The notes under the pieces were generated by a model. The model had not been told where the DNA came from, did no database searches, and saw nothing but the letters and a program-made list of their open reading frames with translations. From the IMG/VR virus record IMGVR_UViG_2534681705_000013, positions 1 to 20,052 of that record: DNA of 20,052 nucleotides; one strand, written 5' to 3'. The translations under genes and the position numbers were made by a program. Positions 1 through 7,961 of the stretch are shown here, piece by piece (position 1 is the first letter of the stretch; every line of letters starts with the position of its first letter). Source of the stretch: a virus (lineage: Duplodnaviria; Heunggongvirae; Uroviricota; Caudoviricetes).

Positions 1-2
1 AT

Positions 3-203
3 CTATCTGGAGAAAAAGCACCAATATTATCAATCGGATACGAATATATTGATGGTGATGACATTTTTGAAATCTCTCAAGATGAGTTAAGCAAAATATA
101 TTCAGAAGGAACATTTTATTTCGATGGCAAACCAGTCCTCAATTGGCAGTCGAAAGTTTACATTTACTTTTATGCATCAGAGTTCTGGAAAGGCCTAGAA
201 TGA
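3..203 (+). CDS. hypothetical protein, C-terminal end of an ORF entering from upstream of the window
   Basis: Frame-3 reading is open from the window edge to TGA at 201-203 (…DELSKIYSEGTFYFDGKPVLNWQSKVYIYFYASEFWKGLE*). No in-window start. Stop overlaps the ATG of the next gene (ATGA at 200-203). AT-rich. Confidence 0.4.
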   Translation, partial: LSGEKAPILSIGYEYIDGDDIFEISQDELSKIYSEGTFYFDGKPVLNWQSKVYIYFYASEFWKGLE

Positions 204-865
204 TGGATAATCAGAATAATTTTACGTTAGAATCGCTGAAGTCCGCAGCGTCATTCGATGAGAGCGCAGCACGCCTTTATCGAAGAATTACATGCAATTC
301 ATACGATAAATTTATTGAAATGTTTTATATTGACTTAGAAAAAACAATCAGATTGATTGAAAAAAATGCAAGCTTAATGCAAAACGATGGAGAAGACCGT
401 TTATCTATAGAAATAATTAATATACTAATTGGCTTCGGATATGATTCTGGTCATGATAATTATATAAATGGGCACTCAGACATTGTTGTAAGTTTCAAAA
501 ACTACACATGGATTGGAGAGGCTAAAATTCATAGCTCATACGACTATTTAATGGAAGGATTCCATCAATTATGCTCTCGTTACTCCACAGGAAGTGAAGA
601 TGATTGTCAAGGAGGATTAATAATTTATGTGAAAAGCAACAATGCATTAGATGTCGTAGAGAAATGGAAAAAAACATTAACCTCTAAAAAAGATGACTTT
701 GAAGATTTTTATTTATCCGATTGCAAAACAAGAGAAAAGTTGAGCTTTTACTCTAGCCACAAACACCCTAAATCTGGATTACCATACAAAGTAAGACATT
801 TCGCTGTAATATTGGGATTTGCACCTAAAGACAAAAGTGCGAGAACAGCAAAGTCCAGAAAATAA
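200..865 (+). CDS. hypothetical protein with PD-(D/E)xK-like nuclease motif
   Basis: ORF-track ORF 143..865; the likely true start is ATG at 200 (MMDNQ…), overlapping the upstream stop. Motif GHSDIVVSF-x7-IGEAKI resembles the D…(D/E)xK core of restriction-endonuclease-fold nucleases. AT-rich, convergent with the prophage Q gene. Confidence 0.55.
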   Translation: MMDNQNNFTLESLKSAASFDESAARLYRRITCNSYDKFIEMFYIDLEKTIRLIEKNASLMQNDGEDRLSIEIINILIGFGYDSGHDNYINGHSDIVVSFKNYTWIGEAKIHSSYDYLMEGFHQLCSRYSTGSEDDCQGGLIIYVKSNNALDVVEKWKKTLTSKKDDFEDFYLSDCKTREKLSFYSSHKHPKSGLPYKVRHFAVILGFAPKDKSARTAKSRK

Positions 866-895
866 TAAGTTTTATTATCTGGACCAAGGCTGTTT

Positions 896-1243
896 TTATC
901 TATTTAGAATACACATAATACCATCAATAAATCCAAGTGCAGTTTGCAACTCCTTTCTAATAGTTCCATCCGAGCATTTCCGCTTCTTTGCGATTGTACG
1001 GAGTGAAATCCCGATAACAAAGTGAGCAATGATCAGCTCATATTCTTCTGGTTTATATTTCCGCAACCGGGCCACACATCCATCAATCATAATTCCTTCA
1101 TCATCATCGCACTGGAGACGTGACTTTTTACCGTGTGGTAGAAGCCCCTTGAAACCAGCCGCTATCGGCTGCCAGTCGACACCACTATTTTCTGCTGCAG
1201 CCCAAGCCCCCCAACGATCTAAAACTTCGTACATATCACGCAT
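896..1243 (-). CDS. phage Q-type late-gene antiterminator
   Basis: 115 aa; N-terminus MRDMYEVLDRWGAWAA…IAAGFKGLL…CDDDEG…C and a CSDG motif match the pattern I recall for E. coli prophage Q antiterminators (QuuD/phage 82 Q type). Sits just downstream of the replication module. Confidence 0.6.
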   Translation of the reverse strand: MRDMYEVLDRWGAWAAAENSGVDWQPIAAGFKGLLPHGKKSRLQCDDDEGIMIDGCVARLRKYKPEEYELIIAHFVIGISLRTIAKKRKCSDGTIRKELQTALGFIDGIMCILNR

Positions 1244-1500
1244 CAGCGCAGTACCTCCTGCACCAGTTTTTCAAACTTTCCAACTTTGGTTTCCAGCTCC
1301 GCCACACAATCCACCAGCTCATCCACTGCTTTTTGTGCGCGATGTTTCGCCTGCATCAGTTCCCTGAGCGCTGGTACCATATCCCGACGAATGGCATCTT
1401 TTGTTACACCTGTTTTTTCCAGTTGTTCCGCCTGCCGCAACATTTCCTGTGCCTGTTTACGTAATTGCTCAGGGGTAAAAGTCATTGTCTGGTTGTTCAA
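1243..1500 (-). CDS. hypothetical small coiled-coil protein
   Basis: 85-aa ORF rich in charged helix-forming residues; start overlaps the helicase stop by 4 bp and its stop overlaps the Q start, indicating one operon. Confidence 0.45.
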   Translation of the reverse strand: MNNQTMTFTPEQLRKQAQEMLRQAEQLEKTGVTKDAIRRDMVPALRELMQAKHRAQKAVDELVDCVAELETKVGKFEKLVQEVLR

Positions 1501-2888
1501 AAGAAACGCTCCATCTTACTGCTGTCAGTTCGTTTGTTGCTGTATCTGCGCGGCTGGGGCTGTTGCATTGGGGTGGAAAGAACCTGTGCGCTTTCCTGAT
1601 CCACAGGCAGAAAATGTCCGTTATAAAAACGCCGGTAAACCGTCCCCAGAGAACCGTTACGCTGTTTCGTGATATTGATTTCTGCGATGCCCCTGGCCTG
1701 CGTATCCGGGTTGTACACTTCATCCCTGTAAAGCATCAGAATGATGTCTGCATCCGCCTCTATTTCTCCGGAATTTTTCAGGTCTGAGTTCATCGGACGT
1801 TTATTGGGTCTGGACTCCACACCGCGGGAGAGCTGACTCAGCGCAATCAACGGAAAACCACCGGATTTTGCCAGGCCTTTAAGCCCCTTTGAGATTTCAC
1901 CCACGGCAAGGTCATGACGCCCCGTGGTTCGGGTTTTTATCAGTCCGAGATAATCAACCACCACCAGCGCCGTTTCCGGATGTTTAATCAGGTGGTGTTT
2001 CGTTGTTGCGCATATCTCGTCAATGGTCAGGTTCGCCTGGTCCACCATCCAGATATTGCGCCCGGTCATCCGCCCCACTCCTTGTGAGAAACGTGCCCAG
2101 TCTTCGTCTTCAAAGTGAGTGACAGATTTCAGGCGTGATACCGGCATTCCTCCAGCCGCAGATACCATGCGCTCACCAATCTGGATGTTCGCCATTTCCA
2201 TTGTGAACAGAAGAACACCATGCCCCTGCTCAGTCACCTTGTCGATGATATCCAGCGCCAGTTCGGTTTTACCCATCGAAGGACGAGCCGCAATAAATAC
2301 CAGGTCGCCGGGTTCCATACCGCCTGTTTTTGCGTCCAGTTCATCAATACCGGTCATCAGCGTCCTGGATTTCTCCAGCCCCTGATTCCGGCATTCAACA
2401 CGTTCAACCACTTCCGGAAGCACATCATCAATATGTACCGGCTGAATAATACCCTTCCCCGTCGACAATGAGGCCATCATGTTCTGCGCATCCTTCAGAG
2501 CATCTTCAGCTGCTTCACAGGTATGCGCATCACGTAATTTCTGCAGCGCCTCATTCAGCGTTTTTTCTGCATCGCGCAATGCGGCATTGCGCCGCAACGC
2601 TGCAACATAGTGCTCCAGTGAAGACTTCACCCAGGTTTTGCGCCCGGTATCAGTAATCACCGGGGCAAGTTCCGGCATCTCATTACACAGCAGCACGGGG
2701 TCAATCACACCTGAAACACGGGCCTGTCTGCAGATACCTGTGTAGATATCCCGATACGCTCGCACAGAAAAAACGTCCGCCGACAGTGTGGCCAGAATAT
2801 CCATCACTTCATGATCTGCCCCACGCAGAAAGAACGCGCCAATGACAGCGCCTTCCAGGTCATCGTTACGCCAGACTGGTGTTGTCAT
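1497..2888 (-). CDS. replicative DNA helicase, DnaB family (phage-encoded)
   Basis: 463 aa; Walker A in FIAARPSMGKTELALD, DnaB C-terminal RecA-like domain features (VVDYLGLI, ALSQLSR). 4-bp overlap with the upstream loader gene. Confidence 0.9.
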   Translation of the reverse strand: MTTPVWRNDDLEGAVIGAFFLRGADHEVMDILATLSADVFSVRAYRDIYTGICRQARVSGVIDPVLLCNEMPELAPVITDTGRKTWVKSSLEHYVAALRRNAALRDAEKTLNEALQKLRDAHTCEAAEDALKDAQNMMASLSTGKGIIQPVHIDDVLPEVVERVECRNQGLEKSRTLMTGIDELDAKTGGMEPGDLVFIAARPSMGKTELALDIIDKVTEQGHGVLLFTMEMANIQIGERMVSAAGGMPVSRLKSVTHFEDEDWARFSQGVGRMTGRNIWMVDQANLTIDEICATTKHHLIKHPETALVVVDYLGLIKTRTTGRHDLAVGEISKGLKGLAKSGGFPLIALSQLSRGVESRPNKRPMNSDLKNSGEIEADADIILMLYRDEVYNPDTQARGIAEINITKQRNGSLGTVYRRFYNGHFLPVDQESAQVLSTPMQQPQPRRYSNKRTDSSKMERFF

Positions 2889-3772
2889 GCCGCCACACCT
2901 CTGATACGAGAACGGTAGCTGGGCCAGTTAAACGACAACCAGTTGCGCCCCCCGTCTGTGATCCTGTCGGCAATGCGGGGGCTGATGAACGCCCACAACT
3001 CTTCCGGTGAAAGGTTGCTGATCAGGATGGTGGGCAAGATACTTTCGTACCGGGCGTTAATAATTTCCTGCAAAATAGCCATTTCAGCTGCACTGCCAAA
3101 CTGAACGCCGACTTCGTCGATGATTAGCAAATCCATAGACGCATAATGCTCAATAACTTCATCCGCTGTTTTTTCGCTGTCATTCCGCCAGCAGTTTTTC
3201 ACAGCACGGGTAAGGCGCATCACGTCGGTGATCTCCACACTGGCCAGATGATTACGGATGATGTGTTTTGCCATTGATACCGCCAGATGATTTTTCCCGG
3301 TACCGCAACTGCCAGTCATAACAAGACTGGTGCCGTTCTCCAGCATATCTGGCCAGTTCTCCGCATAGCGGCGACAGGCTGCAAGATTTCTGGCTGCGTC
3401 AGGATTAACCTCCAGATAGTTATCAAACTCACAGTCCCGAAAACGCAGGGCAATTCCGGCGTTATCAGTCAGCTCTTCCGCCTTGAGGGACGACAGCTCC
3501 ATGATCAAATCGTTGGCCTCAGCGATCAAGCAGTCAGGGCAGCATGAAATTTTTTCTCTGTCCTCGCCATTGCGATCGCTCCACACCAGTATATGCGTAT
3601 GGTATTTACCGTGTTTTTCGCAATACCCGCGACCTTCACGCATCAGGCAGGAACGATAAGGCCATGGCTTTTCGCCCTTCTGAGCAAATGCAATCTCTGC
3701 CCGTAACTCATCCATTCGCGCCTGTAGTCTTGTTTGTTGTTCACGCAGGTTAAACGTCATCATCGCTGTCAC
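2885..3772 (-). CDS. DnaC/IstB-like AAA+ helicase loader
   Basis: 295 aa; Walker A LVMTGSCGTGKNHLA and Walker B LLIIDEVG; Cys/His cluster near the N-terminus; sits between the O-like initiator and the DnaB-like helicase. Confidence 0.8.
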   Translation of the reverse strand: MTAMMTFNLREQQTRLQARMDELRAEIAFAQKGEKPWPYRSCLMREGRGYCEKHGKYHTHILVWSDRNGEDREKISCCPDCLIAEANDLIMELSSLKAEELTDNAGIALRFRDCEFDNYLEVNPDAARNLAACRRYAENWPDMLENGTSLVMTGSCGTGKNHLAVSMAKHIIRNHLASVEITDVMRLTRAVKNCWRNDSEKTADEVIEHYASMDLLIIDEVGVQFGSAAEMAILQEIINARYESILPTILISNLSPEELWAFISPRIADRITDGGRNWLSFNWPSYRSRIRGVAA

Positions 3773-3773
3773 C

Positions 3774-4598
3774 TCAGAATGTCAATTTGTCACTGGATTT
3801 ACCGAATTTGTCAGACATGGCACCAAGGCCAGACAGGACATCGACCTGTCGCTGTCGCCCACCTCCGGGAGCGGCTGGCTGTTGCCAGAAATCTTCGAAG
3901 TGACGATCGGGTCCAAAGAACGTCGCAGCCTGCTTCACGAACTGTGTGCCGGTATTTCCTGTAGCACGTACCCAGGCGGCATACCGCTTCACACCATCAA
4001 GCATGGTCTCCGGTTTTATTCCCTCCCTGATACGGGCTTTCCAGGCTTTGAAGGCTGCTGACTTGGAATTGCCACCAGCACGTTTGGGATATTCCTGCCA
4101 GGCCTGTTCAAATTCTGATGAATATCCCTGTCGGGCAGAACGCGCTGGTGCAGACGCGTCAGCGGATGCGCCAATAGTTGATTCATTGACTGGTTCTTTG
4201 ACTGGTTCAAAAGAGTGACTGGTTCTGGGTGAATCTCCTGCACTACCCCCTGGTGCAACTCCTGCACCACCTGGTGAATTTGCTGCACTAGGTAGTGAAT
4301 TATTTGCACTACCACCTGGTGAATCTTTTGCACCATCAAGACGAAGAAGATAAATATTGCTCGAGTTCCCTTTTTCACCTTTCCGGGAAACTTTTTTTAC
4401 CAGTCCGGATTCACAAAGAGCCGTAATATGATTCATCACAGAACGTTTGCTAATCTCGCACTGATCAGCAATATGCTGATAGCTGGGCCAGCACTCGCCC
4501 TGATCGCTGGCATTATCAGCCAGCTTAATCAGAACCAGTTTTCGCAACGGATTTCCCACGCGAATTTTCATCGCTTTCACCATCAGCTCCATGCTCAT
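3774..4598 (-). CDS. phage replication initiation protein (lambda O-like, N-terminal HTH)
   Basis: 274 aa; N-terminal winged-helix/HTH-like region (LRKLVLIKLADNASDQGECWPSYQHIADQCEISKRSV), a low-complexity Gly/Ser/Pro/Ala linker encoded by the iteron repeats, then a C-terminal domain; immediately upstream of the loader and helicase. Confidence 0.7.
   Translation of the reverse strand: MSMELMVKAMKIRVGNPLRKLVLIKLADNASDQGECWPSYQHIADQCEISKRSVMNHITALCESGLVKKVSRKGEKGNSSNIYLLRLDGAKDSPGGSANNSLPSAANSPGGAGVAPGGSAGDSPRTSHSFEPVKEPVNESTIGASADASAPARSARQGYSSEFEQAWQEYPKRAGGNSKSAAFKAWKARIREGIKPETMLDGVKRYAAWVRATGNTGTQFVKQAATFFGPDRHFEDFWQQPAAPGGGRQRQVDVLSGLGAMSDKFGKSSDKLTF
4187..4336. repeat. candidate phage replication origin: iteron-like direct repeats inside the O-like gene
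   Basis: Three copies of TGACTGGTTC (4187, 4198, 4216) followed by four ~20-bp repeats with core GGTGAAT-N6-7-TGCAC (about 4228, 4272, 4293, 4316), then an AT-rich stretch (~4336-4365). Confidence 0.55.
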
Positions 4599-4819
4599 AA
4601 CACACCTCCCAGGCGTTTAAACATTTTTCCGGACTGAAACGCCATCAACGGATAGCTAATGGTGTAGTTACGCCCCAGTAATTCACACACAACTTTCTGG
4701 CTTTCGGTGCTGACCAGGCAAACCCGCAGAACGTGACCGTTGCTGGTGGTGAACCACTGCCCCACACAGGGGCAACGGTTGTATCGGTGATACAGGGAGT
4801 TAACGATGCGGCGAATCAT
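4595..4819 (-). CDS. hypothetical protein
   Basis: 74-aa ORF; 4-bp overlaps with both neighbouring minus-strand genes suggest translational coupling in the replication operon. Confidence 0.4.
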   Translation of the reverse strand: MIRRIVNSLYHRYNRCPCVGQWFTTSNGHVLRVCLVSTESQKVVCELLGRNYTISYPLMAFQSGKMFKRLGGVL

Positions 4820-5049
4820 GGATGTACCTCCTGCACATCAGCCATGAGCATTTTACTGGCTGTTTCCAGCGCCTGGTCGGCGCTAATTTGCATGACAGCC
4901 AGTGAATGAGGAACGAAAGTCCCGGCATATTCTGTTTCACTGGTGGCGTGCTTATGCGCCCTGTCTGCAATAACAGGGATGTCAATAAGCGCATCCATCA
5001 GAGTTTTAATTACCGTAACAGTGGTATCTGAATAATGGTTATTACACAT
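4816..5049 (-). CDS. hypothetical protein
   Basis: ORF-track ORF 4816..5121; preferred start is ATG at 5049 (MCNNHYSD…), preceded by GGGAGG and overlapping the stop of the upstream Rha-domain gene (ATGTGTAA). Confidence 0.4.
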   Translation of the reverse strand: MCNNHYSDTTVTVIKTLMDALIDIPVIADRAHKHATSETEYAGTFVPHSLAVMQISADQALETASKMLMADVQEVHP

Positions 5050-5407
5050 GACGCGCCTCCCGTTGATTACAGCGGAAAGCGGTGTGACTGAGACTGGTTT
5101 CAGTTTCATGGAATGCTTCAATGCAGCTCTCGTAGTACCGCATTGTGCGCAGACTTAACCCAAGCTGAAGCATCATCAGGCCATCAAGGGTGATGTAATA
5201 ACCACGCAGGGAGTCACCATAGATGTGATAAGTACCCGGTATGAAATTGCGGGTAAAAAACTCGCGTGAGCAGTTCAGATACTCGATTTTGTCGACGATG
5301 TTCTGGTGCATGCGCTTAAAGTGGCAGGCAACATGCAGGGAGAAAATAACGGCCTTGCCGTTGACAACTTCAATTTTCAGGTATGGGGAAGTTGGGACTG
5401 TAGCCAT
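5042..5407 (-). CDS. phage regulatory protein, Rha family
   Basis: C-terminal 122 aa of ORF 5042..5833: KAVIFSLHVACHFKRMHQNIVDKIEYLNCSREFFTRNF…GDSLRGYYITLDGLMMLQLG…IEAFHETE matches the Rha-family pattern. ATG at 5407 is preceded by GGAGG. The in-frame upstream extension to 5833 has a TTG start and low-complexity composition. Confidence 0.55.
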   Translation of the reverse strand: MATVPTSPYLKIEVVNGKAVIFSLHVACHFKRMHQNIVDKIEYLNCSREFFTRNFIPGTYHIYGDSLRGYYITLDGLMMLQLGLSLRTMRYYESCIEAFHETETSLSHTAFRCNQREARHV

Positions 5408-5794
5408 GATGGCAGCCTCCGTATGCAATGGATAACTTCCACCACCGGAGGTTCCAATCTCACTGGTGGTGAACTGGACAGGGTTGGAACTACCGGCGCA
5501 TACGGAAACCGGCGAGCCTTTCGGCTCCCCTGCCCAGCCCACCATAATTCTGGCGTGCGTGAGCGCGGACGATAAAAAAGACGCTGGCGCGTCGTATATC
5601 GCCGTATGCAATTCCGGGGTTCCAATCCCGGCACCCGCTTTATAAGGTGCAGGGACAGTGTAACGTCCCGAAATTGCAGAATCAATATTTAGGCTTGAAA
5701 CATTCATATGCTTACTGGTATTTTTACTAACGCAAATGTTCTTGGATGTTACTGGCTTACTTCTCAGTGAAGTTGCCTTTACCAACGTTGAGCG

Positions 5795-5822
5795 AGCCGG
5801 GTCACTACCCGGCTTTTTTTTC
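5795..5822 (+). terminator. plus-strand intrinsic terminator inside the minus-strand operon
   Basis: 8-bp stem AGCCGGGT/ACCCGGCT, loop CACT, followed by a run of eight T on the plus strand. On the minus strand the hairpin is preceded by the A-run, not followed by U, so it is not a terminator there. Confidence 0.55.
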
Positions 5823-6570
5823 ACCGCTGCCAACCAATAACCTGAAATAACCCCATTTTCGGGTGATACCAGCGAGTCCCTCGCGGTTCTGCTTCCTCCA
5901 TAACCCGATAAAAAGCAGCCATAAACGGTTCCACAGCAACAATTGCGCGACGTGACAACAATCCGTCCGGCGTCATGAACTCATGGGTGTCTGTAGGAAT
6001 TTGATAGGCGTTCACCAGATTGCGGCATTTATCATCTGACAAACCGGTTTTTGCTTTCAGTTGGCGATATCCGGCATAGCCCTCACGAATGGTACCCCTT
6101 TTGATTTGCTCAACTGTTTCGGCAACATGGCTGACTTTTTCTTCCACCTGAGTGATCCGTTTCTGCTGACGAACGGCTTCAAGAGCCATCGCAGCAACCA
6201 TTTCGATTTCGCTCATTGGCTTACGGATCTGTTCTTCCAGTTCGCGCCAGCGATCTACCAGGCGAGCAGTGAATTCAGGGCAGAGCTGTGCGACGACAAT
6301 GATGCTGTCGCGTTTACCTTGTTCGCCTTCGAAGATGTAAGCACCTACATTTCGTTTTAATCCTAAGTTGTTGATTATTTCGAAATTCGCCATTGGCGCA
6401 CTTCGAATAATCCCCTTATCCATGAGCCTTTCAATGCTGCGCTTAACATCTTTGTGTTGGCTACCCACCAACTCTGCGATCTCAACGCTGGTCATGGATG
6501 CTTTGTCGTTAAAAATTGCGGTGTTCACTGCCATCTCCTTACGGATAAATTCTTTTAAGATTCCGCACAT
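5821..6570 (-). CDS. phage regulatory protein, Rha/antirepressor-like DNA-binding domain
   Basis: 249-aa ORF; MTSVEIAELVGSQHKDVKRSIERL… fits the Rha-type motif. Start is ambiguous: ATG 6570, ATG 6534, or GTG 6528 (the last has AAGGAG at 6-nt spacing). Confidence 0.55.
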   Translation of the reverse strand: MCGILKEFIRKEMAVNTAIFNDKASMTSVEIAELVGSQHKDVKRSIERLMDKGIIRSAPMANFEIINNLGLKRNVGAYIFEGEQGKRDSIIVVAQLCPEFTARLVDRWRELEEQIRKPMSEIEMVAAMALEAVRQQKRITQVEEKVSHVAETVEQIKRGTIREGYAGYRQLKAKTGLSDDKCRNLVNAYQIPTDTHEFMTPDGLLSRRAIVAVEPFMAAFYRVMEEAEPRGTRWYHPKMGLFQVIGWQR

Positions 6571-6647
6571 TCGTACTTATTGGTGCCGAACCTTCCTTCA
6601 GTTATCCTTTTGATCCCTATAAACAAAAGAACCAAAGGAGGTTCGAC

Positions 6648-6899
6648 ATGTCACAAAAAAACGATATTCCTGTTTTTCCTATTACAGCCTGGCAGGCTGG
6701 ACCATTGCCCGGTTATGGTGCGCTAGCATTAAAATTCCAGTACCTAGCTTCTCCTATGCAACCACTGGATTCAGCACAAGAAACTCAGTTCTTCGCGCTT
6801 ACTCCCGAAATGGCTGAGACTTTGATATCCGATCTGCGCCGACATATTGAGACGCTGAAAAAATCCGGTATTCACAGCCCACAAGAAAACAGGCATTAA
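6648..6899 (+). CDS. hypothetical protein
   Basis: 83-aa ORF with a strong SD (AAAGGAGGT) 6 nt upstream of the ATG; opposite orientation to the flanking minus-strand operon. Confidence 0.55.
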   Translation: MSQKNDIPVFPITAWQAGPLPGYGALALKFQYLASPMQPLDSAQETQFFALTPEMAETLISDLRRHIETLKKSGIHSPQENRH

Positions 6900-6929
6900 T
6901 CGAAAAAACGGTTGCCACATAATTTCTTG

Positions 6930-6962
6930 AAAAGCGTCGCGCACTGGCGCTTTTCATTTCTC
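6930..6962. terminator. possible bidirectional terminator between convergent genes
   Basis: AAAAGCG…CGCTTTT symmetric hairpin with an A-run before and a T-run after, between 6648..6899 (+) and the cro-like gene (-). Confidence 0.35.
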
Positions 6963-6983
6963 TACGATCAACAAGCATGCACC

Positions 6984-7193
6984 TCACTTCTCCTCCCCCG
7001 TGTGCGCTAAGCTTGGGTGTGTATATGGAATGTTCGGATCCAGATGGCAGAGAATGGCAACATCCTCCGGAACGCCCCGCGTTTTCCACTTTCCAACTCC
7101 CTGACTACCACGAGGCTTTCCTTTCTTTGGAAACCTACGGCCAATAGCGGCATTGGTTTTAAATTGAGTTTTTAATATTTCATAAAGGGTCAT
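6984..7193 (-). CDS. Cro/DicC-like small DNA-binding regulator
   Basis: 69 aa, basic; N-terminus LYEILKTQFKTNAAIG resembles Cro/DicC-type repressors; divergent from the cI-like gene across an operator-bearing intergenic region; GAGG 7 nt upstream of the ATG. Confidence 0.5.
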   Translation of the reverse strand: MTLYEILKTQFKTNAAIGRRFPKKGKPRGSQGVGKWKTRGVPEDVAILCHLDPNIPYTHPSLAHTGEEK

Positions 7194-7304
7194 TCTTTAG
7201 CCTCACACCGGATACTCTGTTATCCAAGAATGTTAAACGCGAGAATCCAAAGTATCAAGAAATTCTGTTACTTTAGTATCAACAGCCATGAAAGGAGAAG
7301 AAAA
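7194..7304. promoter_or_regulatory. divergent promoter/operator region (OR-like) between cro-like and cI-like genes
   Basis: Repeated half-site GTATCAA at 7252 and 7276, GATAC at 7211; 12-mer CCAAAGTATCAA at 7247 recurs exactly at 7986 on the other side of cI. Confidence 0.5.
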
Positions 7305-7961
7305 ATGAAGTCTTTAGGTGAACGCCTCATCAACGCACGACAAAAAGCTGGGTTAACGCAAGATGCGTTGGCTAAAAAAGCAGGGGTCACCAGAGTTGCA
7401 ATCAGTAAAGCCGAGCAAGGCCTTACAAAAAGTTTCAACGGTGACACCCTTTTTAAAGTCGCAGCTGCACTGCAGTGTTCACCGCAGTGGCTTCAGAACG
7501 GAGATGAAAAAGATAAGCATTGGGAAAATAATGTTAAGAGCTGCCCACAGAGAGACACAGCACACTCTTACCCTGTAATTAACTGGGTTCAGGCAGGATT
7601 ATTCGCAACCGCTGGTGATGACTACAACATGTATGATCAGGATAATTGGAGGCATTCTGTAAAATACGCTGGTGAGAGGGGGTTCTGGCTAGAAGTGCAC
7701 GGAGACTCAATGACTTCGCCCGCAGGAATAACATTTCCTGAAGGAATGTCGATCCTTGTCAACCCAGATAAAGAAGTTTTTTCAGGGTGTTACGTCATCG
7801 CCAGAAAAAAATCTACCAATGAAGCAACATTCAAAAAATATATTTCTGAAATGGGAAAGGCGTTTCTAAAACCCCTTAATCCACAATATCCAATCATAGA
7901 AATGGACAATGATTGCGAAATAGTAGGTGTTGTGGTTGATGCCAGGTGGGATATTTTCTGA
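7305..7961 (+). CDS. CI-like prophage repressor (N-terminal HTH, C-terminal S24/LexA-like peptidase domain)
   Basis: ORF-track ORF 7230..7961; true start is ATG at 7305 (AAAGGAGAAG SD). HTH LTQDALAKKAGVTRVAISKAE; C-terminal GDSM motif and lysine-containing region typical of self-cleaving LexA/CI repressors. Confidence 0.85.
   Translation: MKSLGERLINARQKAGLTQDALAKKAGVTRVAISKAEQGLTKSFNGDTLFKVAAALQCSPQWLQNGDEKDKHWENNVKSCPQRDTAHSYPVINWVQAGLFATAGDDYNMYDQDNWRHSVKYAGERGFWLEVHGDSMTSPAGITFPEGMSILVNPDKEVFSGCYVIARKKSTNEATFKKYISEMGKAFLKPLNPQYPIIEMDNDCEIVGVVVDARWDIF

Noticed and set aside
1286-1787. Plus-strand ORFs 1286..1672 and 1485..1787 and minus-strand ORF 1469..1723
   Set aside because: Cys/Ser-rich low-complexity translations overlapping the minus-strand helicase and small-protein genes; treated as non-coding frames.
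2119-2656. Plus-strand ORFs 2119..2385, 2220..2471 and 2468..2656 inside the DnaB-like helicase gene
   Set aside because: Shadow ORFs antisense to a well-supported helicase gene; no RBS and no recognisable protein features.
4187-4336. Possible CRISPR array suggested by the clustered direct repeats
   Set aside because: Repeats are ~20 bp, imperfect, without uniform spacers, and lie inside a replication initiator gene; this is an iteron arrangement. No CRISPR repeat-spacer array was seen anywhere in the window.
4016-4378. Minus-strand ORF 4016..4378 with repetitive HQVVVQ…IHQVVQELHQGVVQEIH translation
   Set aside because: Alternative-frame reading of the iteron repeats inside the O-like gene; the repetition is at DNA level, not a real repeat protein.
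5408-5833. N-terminal 142-codon extension of the minus-strand ORF 5042..5833
   Set aside because: Begins at a TTG inside a plus-strand terminator hairpin, is compositionally biased (Ser/Pro/Gly/Ala/Thr-rich) and no ATG in the extension has a good SD; the recognisable Rha domain starts at the ATG at 5407. Kept only as an alternative in the findings.
6799-7089. Minus-strand ORF 6799..7089 (96 aa)
   Set aside because: Overlaps both the well-supported plus-strand gene 6648..6899 and the cro-like gene, and spans the terminator hairpin; the Gly/Cys/Ser/Arg-rich translation looks non-protein-like.
7230-7304. Upstream extension of the cI-like ORF (start at 7230)
   Set aside because: The extension has a non-ATG start and covers the operator/promoter region; a strong SD precedes the ATG at 7305, which gives a typical CI N-terminus.
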